From positions 1 through 64,000 of the IMG/VR virus record IMGVR_UViG_3300028895_000881: a DNA stretch of 64,000 nucleotides. The stretch is one strand, 5' to 3'. Shown in pieces: positions 45,308 through 56,043 of this stretch. Both the position numbers and the translations under genes were made by a program. Source of the DNA: a virus. The notes beneath the pieces were generated by a model. That model made no database searches and had not been told where the DNA came from. It was given only the letters and a program-made list of their open reading frames with translations. Positions within the stretch are counted from its first letter, which is position 1. Each line of letters opens with the position of its first letter.

Positions 45308-48300
45308 ACGATGTCGGTCTGGTCACGTCCGGGGAAGGGAGCCATCGGCACCGTCTCCGGGTCGGGCACCACACGAGTGCGACCCACGTACATCGGCTTC
45401 CCAGTCAACCGGTAGCGATCCGAAGCAGCGTTCCCCTCACCGAAGCCCGTGGGGCTGATGATGCCGCCGATGGTGACGCCCGCCGAGCTCTGAGCCGCCT
45501 GTCCGACCTGGGCAAAGGTAAGAATCACCATCTGGATCTCATCACCATCCGTGGTCGTGTCATCCGTCGAGAAAGCCTCCTCAACGAAATTGCGAACCAG
45601 GAGAGCCTTGCAAGCGAGCAAGCCGCCCTTGAGCACCGGCATCAGCGACGGTGGGAAGGTGTCCGAGAACCAGTCCACGACCCCGCCCGGGTTGCGACCA
45701 CCGAGCACGAAGCTCGAGCCACCGCCACGGAACAGACGGAACCGCTTGCTACCGCCAGGGTTGGTGTTCTGATCAAACGCGGTGTACTGGAGGATCGCAC
45801 CGTCCGAAGAAGCCAGAAGCTCTCCAGGCGATCCTGCGAACCGAGTGAACTCCTCACCGGCCGATGCGGTCAGAGGCAACAAACTCTGAACCGGACGGAT
45901 ACCACCGAAGAAGGTGTTGACGGCCGAGGCCGTGTCCCCCAGCGGGTTCTCACCGATGAAGTCAGAGTCCTGGACCAAGATGCCAAGCGGCAACCGCTCG
46001 GTCATGCCAGTCAGGGCGAGCTGAGTCGTCCCCGAACCCGCATTGAGTCGAAGGTCCTCACCTCCAATGAGGTTGGTCGTGGTCAGAACGGCATCAAGAC
46101 CCTGAAGCCCGCTGGTCGGAACTCGAATCAAGAAGTCATCCGTGTTGTTGATCTGGACCCGGACCTCATTGCCCGCAGCCCCGACCTCGAACGCGACGAG
46201 CTCGATGCGAGGCGAGTCCGTGTCGTTGAAGGCCACGACGATGTTTTGGAGCTCCGTCCGAGCATTGATCTTCGTGAAAAGCTCGGTCGCGATCACAGCT
46301 ACGTCCGGTGACGAAGCGTCGAACTCATCCGCGTTGGCCGTAGCACCATTCACACCGGTGAAAGAGACAGCCGTCCCGGTCGGAGTGAAGATGGTAACGG
46401 CCGAAGTTCCGTAGTCGAAGACGGGCACCGTGGCAGAGGAACCGGTGACCTCGAACGTGGCTCGGGCCCGATCCGTGTTATTGCGCGCCTGACCCTCTGT
46501 GAAGGCACGAGTCAGGATACGCCACGCCGGAGTGTCTCCCGTAGGCGGAATACGACCGGAAGCCGGCAGCGCGTCATTGGTGTAGCCCACATCCGTCACG
46601 GTGCCCGGGAACAGGCGACCGCCGATGTTGCCCGTGCCCATCGTCGTGTAGAAATCCACGGCGGCAAGCACCTGGAAAGACCTGGCGTTCGGACGCTGCG
46701 GGATCTGATCGCCGTTGTCGTCGAACTGCTGGATCGCGTTTGCCAGACCCACCGCGTCACCTTGACTGACCTGACCGTATCGGTTCTCGTAGTCCGACGT
46801 GGTACGGGTCTCGCCCTGGCGAGTCATGTATGGGTCGCCCTGGTACACGGTGCGGTTGTAGGCCGTGTAGACACGGCTCGAGTCCGGAGCCGCGCTCGGG
46901 ATGCACATGAACGCACCCGAAAGCTCCGGGTTGTCGATGTCCGCACGAAGCGTGCCTTGGCCGTTGTGGCGCCGGGCCATGACGTAGTTGTTCTCGTTGA
47001 TCCAACCGTTGCTGAAACCGAAGGCCGTGAACTCGAGCACGTACTCGAGCTGCTCCGGGAGCTCGCCGTCCACAAAGTTCGGGGACTTCGTGATGTCGAT
47101 GGCGTTGAACGGCACGATGTACGTGTGGTCCCCCCGCACGCCCGTGAGGTCGAAAGCACCGTCCTCGCAGATGAAGAGGGTCTGCTTGTCCTGATCGCGA
47201 CGGAGCAGGTTGACGGCCGGGTTGGCTTCGGGGGTCACACGGTCCGCCTGGTAGGTGACACCACCCTTCGCGACAAAGTCACGACGGTCGTAGACACCGT
47301 AGAGGCGGGCGATGCCGAGGTACGGAGGCAACTGAATGCCCTTGAGACCCGCACCGAAATCGGAGCTCACCGTGTTGGCAAGCTTCCGCGTGATTTCAGC
47401 CGCCTCGGAGCAAGCGTTCCCGATCTCAGTCGTCAGACGTCCCTGGTAACCCGGCTTGAGTGTACCAAGGATTGTGGCGAACTGGCCGTAGGCAAGACCG
47501 CCCGTCGCACCCGTTTGCAGGTACAGCGGAGTCACCTGAGCACCGCCGGTCATGTTGTCCTCACCACCGATGATGTCGAATACCGGGTTCGAAAGATTGG
47601 TGGTGTCGCAGAACAGGTGGTTGATCCCCTCCAAGAAGGTCCCCGTACCGAAGACAGGACCGTTGTCTTGGAAGTATGGGATGTCCTGGCGCCCGAACCG
47701 AGGCATGTACTGCGAGGGCACCGGGTACCCCATACGCAGACCGGTCGTGAAGATCTGCGCGTCGTCCTTGGGGCCGTCCCAACCGTTCAGGATGAGGGAC
47801 GGGTTCGGGTACTCCGTTCCGTTGTTCGGGTTCCCCACGGTTGCAGCGCCCAACAACGTGTTGGTGTTTGCGGGGGGAAGCGACGTGGGGTCCGCCGTGT
47901 CCGTGATGATCGTGTAGCCCTGGAACGTCATCGCCTGACGCTGGAAGGGACGGAACAACAACGTCTTCGAACCGTTGTCGAAGAAGCTCTCGTTCTCGCG
48001 ATCGATCTCTGAGCTCAACACCACGTTGCCACCGTAGTCGGGGGCTTGAGGCGCAGGAAGACCAAGGCTCGGAAGTCGGTTCCACGTTTGGATGTGCGTG
48101 GGACAGTAGTCCACCTCAGCCGGGTTGCTCGGAGCTCCCGTATCCGTCGGGAAGTTCGGGTCGAGCACAGCACGACTCTGACGCAGAATTGTGCTCACCG
48201 GTGACTGGATAGTGATGCGGTTGATCTGGTCCGGAACACGAGCCATCGCACCGCGACCAGGGTGGTACATCATCGTGAGGTTGAGGACCGCCTTGAAGTC

Positions 48301-51003
48301 GAAAGGCGTCTGAAGCGAGTGCCCAGGCTTCGTGCCCGGGTTGATGTTGGCCTCATTCCAGGGGTTCGAAGCTCCGCCCGCGACCGCACGAAGGTCCGTG
48401 AGCGTGATCGTCATCGCAGCGGGACCGCCTGCCGAACCATTGCCGTCCTCAGCGTTGGTGATCTGCGAACGAAGCTCAGCCGTGACCGTGTTGGTCGTAC
48501 CAGCGTTGTTGAAATCGTCGATCCCCTGCGAGATGAACTCGACACGCAAACGGTTGCTCTGACTTGCCGGGTTGGTTGTGAGACCGCCATTAGCCGCCGT
48601 CGTGCCCGCGCCAATGACCCGGAACGCGCCGTTGTTCTCGATCGTGTCGTCGTCACCGAAAAGGATGAGATAGACCTCAGAAGACTTGCCGGTGATGTCG
48701 CGACCCCCATTGGTGAGCATGTCCCAGAGGGTTCGTTGCCCACGAAGCACCGGGAAGTTCAGGGTCGTGGGGTCGTTGTTGAACGCGCCGCCAGTACCCG
48801 ACCACCAGTCTCCGGGGTTGTCGAAGTCGATACCCGGAAGAACAATCTCGCCCTCACCGAGCGGGATAGTGCCACCCGACAAGGTGAAGCCTTCGAGCTG
48901 TGTCGCAGCGTCGATGCCCGTGATCACCGAGGCACTGTTGAGCACGCCACCACAAACCAGGTAGGGCTTCTCGAAGTCGAGCGACTGAAGCGGGTACATC
49001 GGACCCGGGAACTCGGTCGGGTTTTGACCGGGACCAGCAGGGGACAGAGCTTGTAGACCCGCCCCCGCCGTCGCCGAGCCGGTGTTGAACTGGGTCGAGT
49101 TGACCCACAGCATCGTCACCGGGTTCTGCAACCCGGTATCGTCGTTGGGGAACTGAGTCTTCCAGTACTCGAACGGAGAGACGAACCGCACCGCTCGAGT
49201 GCCTCCGTCACGGAAGGTCTTGCGAGCTCCATTGGTGCCGTCATCGCCACCGATGTAGAGGAAAATGGTGGTGCCGTCCGTGAACCCAGGGTTCGTGTTG
49301 TTCTGGTTGTTCATGAACGCAGCCGGCTTGAAGTCCGCGCCCACGTCCCAGTCCACCAAGTCATCCAGGGTCTGGATGAAGCCCGCGTTGATCGTACCGT
49401 CAGGGTTCAGCAGCAGAGTCACGTCACCCTGGATCGCCGCCGCGTCCGACCAGATCTGACGGATGCCGTCTGGACCGTCGAGCGCCTCCGTGCCCACAGG
49501 CTCGGCAGTGGCACCATCTTGCAGGAGGTAGTCCACTTCCTTGACTGTGACGCCCTGAGTGTCACCACCGTCGTTGCCCGCCTGCTTCCAGGTCGTACGC
49601 ATACGGCCACGGATCAGGTTGGAGACGTTGTGAAGCAAGATCCGCGTGTAGTCCCAGTCCCCGATGTTCGAGCCGCGTCGAAGATCGAGGATGTCGTCTT
49701 GAGAGATTTCGTCCGCGAACAACCCGTCATCGCGGGTGTTGAAAAAACTGATCGCTGCCCCGGAACCGATCTCCCCACCAGCGTTGCGACCCGAGTGCAC
49801 CACTGGGTCAGTGCCCCAACGACCACGACCGTTGGCGGGGATCGTGATGGTGTTGGGAGCCGCAACGGTATCCACGGCCGAGATGCCGATGATCTCACCG
49901 TCGATGACCATGAACGCCTTGCTCAGGTCGAGGTTCGGATCATCCCACCCAGAACCAATCAGGTTGTCTACCTCGATGATCGTGTCGAGCGTGAACTGCT
50001 CAGCCGGCATCTCGTTGATGAGCGACATGGTGGTCAGTCGCTTCACGCCATCTTGAGGGTTCGCCAGGGTTGCCGCTGACGGGTTGCGATCGAAAGCACC
50101 GTTCTGGTTGGGGCTCCCGCTGAGGTTCACAGCCACGTAGGGCTGGTTGTTGCGACGGAACACCGCGCACATCGGAATGGCGTACGTGTAGCCATCCACA
50201 GTCCCGAGAGCGTTCTGAGAATCGCCATCACCAGCACGCCACAGCGAAGGGTCCCCCAACGCCGCGCGCATGTTCTCGAAGGTGAAACTCGTGACAGCCG
50301 TTTGGGGGCCCTGAGCAAACACGTTGGGATCACCGAGACCATCGGGATATACCGAGAGGTCCGGGCTCGAGCCAGCACCCGAACCGGAACCAACGACACG
50401 GATTCGGTACTGAAGCTGCACCCGCTCCGTGGTCTCGAACCCGATCGTCGGATCGGTGATGTCGTCATCGAGGTTGGTGCCCCCGAATTCGACGTTGCCC
50501 CACTTCCAGATCTTGTTGGCGGCAGGCTTGTTTGCCGTGCTCGGGTTCGGAGCGACGTTGACGAGCCACGCCTCCAAAAAGACGAAGTCGATGCGAGAGT
50601 CGCTCTCAGGGGGAGGGAACAGACGCACTTCGTTGGAGGTCGCACCCTCCGTCGTGATGTTGGAGCCAGACACCGGGATGATCCACCCGTTGACGTTGGC
50701 GTACATCACCGGAGCGAGCTCTTCCGGATCTCCAGCGTCATCGTCCTTCTGCTGTCCGAACTGGAAAAAGTTCGACCAGTTCTGCGAAGTGACGTAGTCA
50801 TCCAGCGCCCGAGTGGGGTCCAGGAAGAATCCAGAGTGAGTCTCCACGCGGACAAGCTGAGCGAGCTGCTCAACCTGGTCCTGCTGAAGCAGGTTCAGCT
50901 CGGAGTCCAGGGGCGGCTTGCCTTCTTGGAAGACAACGGCCTGGAACTGCCGGGCGAAAGCATCGAGAGTACGAGAGACACCATTTCCGAAATCTTGGGA
51001 CAT
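45304..51003 (-). CDS. Very large virion structural protein (tail/baseplate-associated)
   Basis: 1899 aa, Gly/Thr/Asn/Asp-rich; N-terminal VFQEGKPPLDSELNLLQ; shares blocks with 59275-62706. Confidence 0.75.
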   Translation of the reverse strand: MSQDFGNGVSRTLDAFARQFQAVVFQEGKPPLDSELNLLQQDQVEQLAQLVRVETHSGFFLDPTRALDDYVTSQNWSNFFQFGQQKDDDAGDPEELAPVMYANVNGWIIPVSGSNITTEGATSNEVRLFPPPESDSRIDFVFLEAWLVNVAPNPSTANKPAANKIWKWGNVEFGGTNLDDDITDPTIGFETTERVQLQYRIRVVGSGSGAGSSPDLSVYPDGLGDPNVFAQGPQTAVTSFTFENMRAALGDPSLWRAGDGDSQNALGTVDGYTYAIPMCAVFRRNNQPYVAVNLSGSPNQNGAFDRNPSAATLANPQDGVKRLTTMSLINEMPAEQFTLDTIIEVDNLIGSGWDDPNLDLSKAFMVIDGEIIGISAVDTVAAPNTITIPANGRGRWGTDPVVHSGRNAGGEIGSGAAISFFNTRDDGLFADEISQDDILDLRRGSNIGDWDYTRILLHNVSNLIRGRMRTTWKQAGNDGGDTQGVTVKEVDYLLQDGATAEPVGTEALDGPDGIRQIWSDAAAIQGDVTLLLNPDGTINAGFIQTLDDLVDWDVGADFKPAAFMNNQNNTNPGFTDGTTIFLYIGGDDGTNGARKTFRDGGTRAVRFVSPFEYWKTQFPNDDTGLQNPVTMLWVNSTQFNTGSATAGAGLQALSPAGPGQNPTEFPGPMYPLQSLDFEKPYLVCGGVLNSASVITGIDAATQLEGFTLSGGTIPLGEGEIVLPGIDFDNPGDWWSGTGGAFNNDPTTLNFPVLRGQRTLWDMLTNGGRDITGKSSEVYLILFGDDDTIENNGAFRVIGAGTTAANGGLTTNPASQSNRLRVEFISQGIDDFNNAGTTNTVTAELRSQITNAEDGNGSAGGPAAMTITLTDLRAVAGGASNPWNEANINPGTKPGHSLQTPFDFKAVLNLTMMYHPGRGAMARVPDQINRITIQSPVSTILRQSRAVLDPNFPTDTGAPSNPAEVDYCPTHIQTWNRLPSLGLPAPQAPDYGGNVVLSSEIDRENESFFDNGSKTLLFRPFQRQAMTFQGYTIITDTADPTSLPPANTNTLLGAATVGNPNNGTEYPNPSLILNGWDGPKDDAQIFTTGLRMGYPVPSQYMPRFGRQDIPYFQDNGPVFGTGTFLEGINHLFCDTTNLSNPVFDIIGGEDNMTGGAQVTPLYLQTGATGGLAYGQFATILGTLKPGYQGRLTTEIGNACSEAAEITRKLANTVSSDFGAGLKGIQLPPYLGIARLYGVYDRRDFVAKGGVTYQADRVTPEANPAVNLLRRDQDKQTLFICEDGAFDLTGVRGDHTYIVPFNAIDITKSPNFVDGELPEQLEYVLEFTAFGFSNGWINENNYVMARRHNGQGTLRADIDNPELSGAFMCIPSAAPDSSRVYTAYNRTVYQGDPYMTRQGETRTTSDYENRYGQVSQGDAVGLANAIQQFDDNGDQIPQRPNARSFQVLAAVDFYTTMGTGNIGGRLFPGTVTDVGYTNDALPASGRIPPTGDTPAWRILTRAFTEGQARNNTDRARATFEVTGSSATVPVFDYGTSAVTIFTPTGTAVSFTGVNGATANADEFDASSPDVAVIATELFTKINARTELQNIVVAFNDTDSPRIELVAFEVGAAGNEVRVQINNTDDFLIRVPTSGLQGLDAVLTTTNLIGGEDLRLNAGSGTTQLALTGMTERLPLGILVQDSDFIGENPLGDTASAVNTFFGGIRPVQSLLPLTASAGEEFTRFAGSPGELLASSDGAILQYTAFDQNTNPGGSKRFRLFRGGGSSFVLGGRNPGGVVDWFSDTFPPSLMPVLKGGLLACKALLVRNFVEEAFSTDDTTTDGDEIQMVILTFAQVGQAAQSSAGVTIGGIISPTGFGEGNAASDRYRLTGKPMYVGRTRVVPDPETVPMAPFPGRDQTDIV

Positions 51004-51006
51004 AGC

Positions 51007-51669
51007 TCAAAGCTCCATCGGGGCCCACTGGGAGCCTTTGGACAGGTTTACGGGAGCAGGCAGACACTGATGGTTTTCAGGGGCGAACGCCTTCTGGGGA
51101 GTCAGGGGGTCGGTCCAGTCAAAAGAGCTGAGAGGACGAATGTGGTCGATGTGCCACTCGGCACGGGGCCCAGGACATGGGCCGAGATGGTCCAGGATCG
51201 CTTGATAGTCGATCCCGTACTCGTCAGCCGTTTTTACTTTGCCGCCAGGGACATACACGTAAAAAGCGTGATGCAGCCGGGACCGGAGCCTTTGTTGCAA
51301 AGCAAAGGTTTCGTCTTCGGCACGACGTTTGTTGACGTACTTGCGTTGACAACGACGCCACGCATCTCGACCGTGGTCGGTCGCAAGATACCGGTCAAAC
51401 GCCCTTTTGGTAGCGGCGTCCCCTTCGGGGGTTTTCCGGTATCTTTGGCGATAAGCCGCCAGCTTGGTTTTCCCTTGGGGACTACTCTCCCATTTTTTCC
51501 GTGAAAGTGCTTGGCACTGCACACAGGGACCCGTTCGGTTTTTCCCCCGATACCGCCAAGATTGGTTTGACCCCGGCTCTGACTCATGGCCACGACGACA
51601 GAGCGCTCCGAGCACATGCTTGGTTGCGTCAGGCTCGAAAACTCCGGTTTTTGATCGGAACGGGGACAT
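51007..51669 (-). CDS. HNH homing endonuclease inserted in the structural module
   Basis: RLRSRL, WHIDHIRPLSSFD...ENHQCL..VNLSKG. Confidence 0.82.
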   Translation of the reverse strand: MSPFRSKTGVFEPDATKHVLGALCRRGHESEPGSNQSWRYRGKNRTGPCVQCQALSRKKWESSPQGKTKLAAYRQRYRKTPEGDAATKRAFDRYLATDHGRDAWRRCQRKYVNKRRAEDETFALQQRLRSRLHHAFYVYVPGGKVKTADEYGIDYQAILDHLGPCPGPRAEWHIDHIRPLSSFDWTDPLTPQKAFAPENHQCLPAPVNLSKGSQWAPMEL

Positions 51670-52457
51670 CAGAAAAGAAGACCGTAGTGGGCCAGGTAGT
51701 ACTTGAAATCCGGATTCGTATTTTTGAACGCCAACCGGATCAACAGCCCTGGATTACAGAAGGCGATGGGAATAAGACGCCCAACGGGGAAAAAATTTGC
51801 ACCGTCATTGATGGAGATGAAAACCTCGAAATCCGAAGGTTCTTGGTCCACTTCCAATGCCTGACGGACTGCTGGAGTGTTGAGTCCCGCAGTGGCGCCA
51901 AAACTTGAACGGACATCGTTAGTGGTGGAAAAGCGATACACGTACCAGTAGACCGCAAATTCCATCGCCCCCACGCCCCCCGTGAGAGGGCCCACGTCGA
52001 TGGTGTCGGTCACGAGGACGCCCGGACGCTCGAGCCCGAAACCGGGGGCGTCGTTTTGAGGGAGCACTGCCACCGAGTTTGCCGCGTTTCCAGTCGGCAG
52101 TGGGCCAGCGGTCCCACGGCCGAACTGGAATCGTGAAATGTGGGAGGCCGTGATGGGCGAGCCTTCGTTCAAAACCCCGGCCGGATCGAGATCGTCCATG
52201 TCCGCGCCCTCGATGAGAGGGTTGAACAGGATGTTCTCGTACTGAGGGAACTGGACCAGCAACCCTGCGAAGTTCCGGGCCACGACCGAGTTCGGAGCTC
52301 CGCTCGGGAGAATGAAGCTGTTCGGCTCGACGGCGACTTTGACCCCTTCCGCGATGGGGACCATGTACTGGCCGTTCCGCGCAACGGGGGTTCCGTTGGG
52401 CGGATTCTTCTCCAACTGGATGATCTCGTTGGATTCGAGTGTGGCGACGATGCGCAT
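51669..52457 (-). CDS. Putative virion protein
   Basis: 262-aa ORF in the structural gene string. Confidence 0.6.
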   Translation of the reverse strand: MRIVATLESNEIIQLEKNPPNGTPVARNGQYMVPIAEGVKVAVEPNSFILPSGAPNSVVARNFAGLLVQFPQYENILFNPLIEGADMDDLDPAGVLNEGSPITASHISRFQFGRGTAGPLPTGNAANSVAVLPQNDAPGFGLERPGVLVTDTIDVGPLTGGVGAMEFAVYWYVYRFSTTNDVRSSFGATAGLNTPAVRQALEVDQEPSDFEVFISINDGANFFPVGRLIPIAFCNPGLLIRLAFKNTNPDFKYYLAHYGLLF

Positions 52458-52505
52458 CGAGCGTTCCTGTATGGGGCCGACCTATAAGCTGAAAAATGGC
52501 CGTTT

Positions 52506-55500
52506 CTACGGCAGCAGCGGGAGGTTGAAAGTGCCCAGATCCTTCTCCAGCACGACAGAAACGTGGTGGAAATTGAGGTCGAAAATGCCGGGATTGGCTG
52601 TTGCCGTACGACGAGCTCCTCCGCACACGAACATGCCCGTTCCGCTCGGAGTCGGGAGCAGGTCACCCTGCGTCACGTTGATGCTGTCGATGAGGTTCTT
52701 GTTCTGGTCGAAGACCCCCATTTTCACGATGTTGGAAAAGGGACCATTCTGAGGACCATACGGCTGAACCTCGATCACGAAATAGTAGGCTTCGGAGACC
52801 AAGTTCACCGGGTTCGACGAAGCCGGGGTGGTCACCACGTTCTCGACTCCCGAAAGACCCCTCGTCCAGTAGCGCCAGTTCGGCCCTGCGGCGTTGTCAA
52901 GCTGGAACCCCACCACCGTGTACCGGAGCGGCAGACCCGGCTCAGCACCGCCCAGAGGGCCCTGAGTGATGAAGTCCACGGTGGGGGCGAAGGGCGCTCC
53001 ACCCTCATCTTGCACAAGCCCGACAAACGCTTTTCCGCTTTGCGTCGTCACCCGGTACTCCGTCGAAATCTTGGCGACGAAGCGCAAGTTGTCCCGCATG
53101 TGGAACTGACCGTCACCAGCAGGGATGCCGCCCGGTGTGGTGATCCACCCTTGCCAGTCAACACCGGCACCACCGTCGGTGCTCATCGGGATGGAAGGTC
53201 CGAACGGCGTGATGGTGAACCAGTTACCCGGTTTGGAGCCACGCGGGTCACCGAGCGGAACCTGGTAGTCCAGGTTCATCAGCAGACCCTCTTCGTCGTA
53301 GTAGTTTCGGAACGGGTCGACCAGGTTCACATCGCCGATGGGGTACAGCAACTTGGACGGCGTGATGCGTCCATAGGCACGATCCTGGAACCCAAAGTCA
53401 GGGAGGCGCCGGATCGTCATCGACCCGTCGATCTCAGGCCGCATCCGAGCGCCCTCAAAACGAAGAGTATCGGCTCGAGTCGAACTACCGTAGTAGGTGT
53501 CCGATGGCGCAAAGTTCGAGACGAACGGGATCGAGAAGGACTCGCGACGGAACACCACTTCACGACGCAAGACCACAAAGCGAGACTGCGCACCCGGGAA
53601 CAACGAAGGGTCCGGGTTCACAGAGTTGGCCTTGGCCGAAATGCCGCCCAGAGCAGTCCCAGCCCCACCACCAGGAAGGACAACAGGAACTTTCGTCGTG
53701 TAGCCCCAAAGCCCAAGCGCCGCGCTTTGGCCAGAACCCGTCTGGATGGTGATGACACCCGTCTCCGGCCCATCCCAAACACGATCGAGGACGATGTCTA
53801 CGTTGCCTGTCAGGGCCGAGACGCCGATGTACGGGTTGGTCGGAACGAAGGTCGTGTTGACCAGATCGATTTTGGCCGAAACCTCTTCGCTATAGGCGTC
53901 GTGGTCCTTGAGACCGTCCGCGTCGTGCGTCGTGACGCGCAGGCCCGTTCCGAGTTGCGAGTCCTCCATCGAGTACGGCACGCAGGCCGCAAACAGGACA
54001 ACTTCGCCACGCGGGTTGTTGCCGGTCAGACCCGTGATGCCGTTCGGGATCACGTCACTCGGTGCGAGCGGAACGTTGGCTCGAGACTGCGGAGGCGGAT
54101 GACTCAAGCGCACCACACCAGACGAGTAGTCGATGTCGACGTACTGCTTCTCGTTGATCGAACCGTCAATCACGAGCTCGCGGCCCGTGATGGGACGGTC
54201 GAAATCCGGAATCGTCTGCGTCGGGTCGAGAGGGCTCTCCTTGGCCGGGAAAAGCACCATGCGGAACCCGAGATCCATCATGTTGCCGGGGTTCTCGATG
54301 TTGCGGATGGGGCCCCCAGCCGCGACAGAGCGCGTATCGAAAATGGCGCGGTCAGGGCGACCCGGGCCCGAACCCGGCGGCGGTGCGGGCTGGCCACCCG
54401 TCAGCAGCGGATCGGCGATCTGTTTCTCGAAACGCCCGACCCACTGAGGATCGATGAGCGTCTTGAGGCGAGAGGACTCGACGTTGTCGAGGTTGAACTC
54501 GTTTTGCCACAAAGACGAGATCGACTGATGCAGGTTGAACAGCAACCCCACCTCTTGACCGGCAAATATGTTGCTGACGAAAGGACCAGGGCCCCAGTAA
54601 GTGAGACCCGTCTGCGGGTCGGTCTCGGGCACCCGGTTGAGCAAAAGACGGTCGGGACCCACCAAAAGGTCCACCATGTCGAACCACCCGAAACAACTTT
54701 CGATCGTGCCGAAAGACAGCCCCGGGAGATCGTCATCACGCTGGGTGACCGACACATTGACGATGGGATATTCGGAGGTGAAGAGCCCCGTCGTGTACGT
54801 GGTGGGGTCCGTGATGTCGATGATCCACTGGCCCACCGAAGACCCGAGCGCGAAAGCACTCTCCACCGTGCCTGCCGCTTCTCGTACGGGGTTGGGGACA
54901 GGCAGGCGTACACGGCCGCCATAGGCAGCGGGAGCCCCTCCAACAACGAAAGAACCTCCTCGAGAACTTGTGAACCCACCTTGCAACCAGGTGCCGTCTC
55001 CAGGAGTGCCACCGTCATACGGTGGGAAATTGTCGCCGCCCGCAGCGCGCTCGGGAGAAATGACCACGAAGGTCTGCTCGCGTCCCGAGGTGGACATCCC
55101 GTCGTTACCGCCCGCCGCACCAGATTGCGGAATCGCCTGGAGGCGCGTGACGTAGGGACGAAGCAAGGTGATGGCACGGATGCTCAGCGTAGGAGCACCC
55201 GAAACATCGAAGTAGTCCTGCAATCGCTTGTCAGGGTGGAGCTCGATGCGAAAGGGCAGACCGATGCCCACCAAAGGAATCGCCGACACACGGAAGAGCT
55301 CAAAACGAGCCGTGTCTGCGTTGAGGTCCAACGCGGGCATCGGCGTACGCCCCGCAGGGATGCTGCCCGGGTTGAAACCATCGTCCGTGATGACCACGTA
55401 CAAGCCACCGTTAGGCTCAGCCGGGTCGCCAATAGTCCAGCCGCCGCCTCCTCCAGGACCGTAGGCACTGAGCAAGTTGCCGGAGTACGGCTGCATCACG

Positions 55501-56033
55501 TTCGGGTTGCCGTCAGGGCGCACGTCCATGATGAGAAGGTCGCCGCCGTTGGGGCCAGCACCCAACGAGACCTGCCACGTCCAGTCCATGAACGGAGATT
55601 TGAGAGTCGGTCCGATGACCTCGAAACCGATGGGGTGCCCCACCAAACTCGGGCCCTTCTTGCCGAAGGTGTTCGTGCGCCAGTTGTAAGGCACGAAGTT
55701 GATCTCCGGAGCGCCGCGATACCCGAGTTTGCTGATCTTGCTCCGGATGGGAACGGGAGGCCCTTGAGGATCGACCCCGGCCACGGGCTCGCTGACCAGG
55801 TTTCCCGTGGGGTTGATGGTCGATCCCATCCCGAACTTGTACTGGGCCGCCCAAGACCCCGAGAACCCTTCGATGATCTTGGCCGCCGCCGACGCTCGGT
55901 TCGCGTTGACGGTTGCGTCACGGTCAATGAGCTCCTGCCACGGCTCGAGCTCCGAACGTGTTTTGGCGTCGCGCTCAAACCCCTTGCGGAGCTTGTCGAG
56001 GAGTTCCTTATCCTGATCAGTAAAATCGGCCAT
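52506..56033 (-). CDS. Large putative virion structural protein
   Basis: 1175 aa, Gly/Pro-rich; IDYSSGVVRL motif typical of baseplate/tail beta-repeats. Confidence 0.7.
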   Translation of the reverse strand: MADFTDQDKELLDKLRKGFERDAKTRSELEPWQELIDRDATVNANRASAAAKIIEGFSGSWAAQYKFGMGSTINPTGNLVSEPVAGVDPQGPPVPIRSKISKLGYRGAPEINFVPYNWRTNTFGKKGPSLVGHPIGFEVIGPTLKSPFMDWTWQVSLGAGPNGGDLLIMDVRPDGNPNVMQPYSGNLLSAYGPGGGGGWTIGDPAEPNGGLYVVITDDGFNPGSIPAGRTPMPALDLNADTARFELFRVSAIPLVGIGLPFRIELHPDKRLQDYFDVSGAPTLSIRAITLLRPYVTRLQAIPQSGAAGGNDGMSTSGREQTFVVISPERAAGGDNFPPYDGGTPGDGTWLQGGFTSSRGGSFVVGGAPAAYGGRVRLPVPNPVREAAGTVESAFALGSSVGQWIIDITDPTTYTTGLFTSEYPIVNVSVTQRDDDLPGLSFGTIESCFGWFDMVDLLVGPDRLLLNRVPETDPQTGLTYWGPGPFVSNIFAGQEVGLLFNLHQSISSLWQNEFNLDNVESSRLKTLIDPQWVGRFEKQIADPLLTGGQPAPPPGSGPGRPDRAIFDTRSVAAGGPIRNIENPGNMMDLGFRMVLFPAKESPLDPTQTIPDFDRPITGRELVIDGSINEKQYVDIDYSSGVVRLSHPPPQSRANVPLAPSDVIPNGITGLTGNNPRGEVVLFAACVPYSMEDSQLGTGLRVTTHDADGLKDHDAYSEEVSAKIDLVNTTFVPTNPYIGVSALTGNVDIVLDRVWDGPETGVITIQTGSGQSAALGLWGYTTKVPVVLPGGGAGTALGGISAKANSVNPDPSLFPGAQSRFVVLRREVVFRRESFSIPFVSNFAPSDTYYGSSTRADTLRFEGARMRPEIDGSMTIRRLPDFGFQDRAYGRITPSKLLYPIGDVNLVDPFRNYYDEEGLLMNLDYQVPLGDPRGSKPGNWFTITPFGPSIPMSTDGGAGVDWQGWITTPGGIPAGDGQFHMRDNLRFVAKISTEYRVTTQSGKAFVGLVQDEGGAPFAPTVDFITQGPLGGAEPGLPLRYTVVGFQLDNAAGPNWRYWTRGLSGVENVVTTPASSNPVNLVSEAYYFVIEVQPYGPQNGPFSNIVKMGVFDQNKNLIDSINVTQGDLLPTPSGTGMFVCGGARRTATANPGIFDLNFHHVSVVLEKDLGTFNLPLLP

Positions 56034-56043
56034 CGTTCATTCC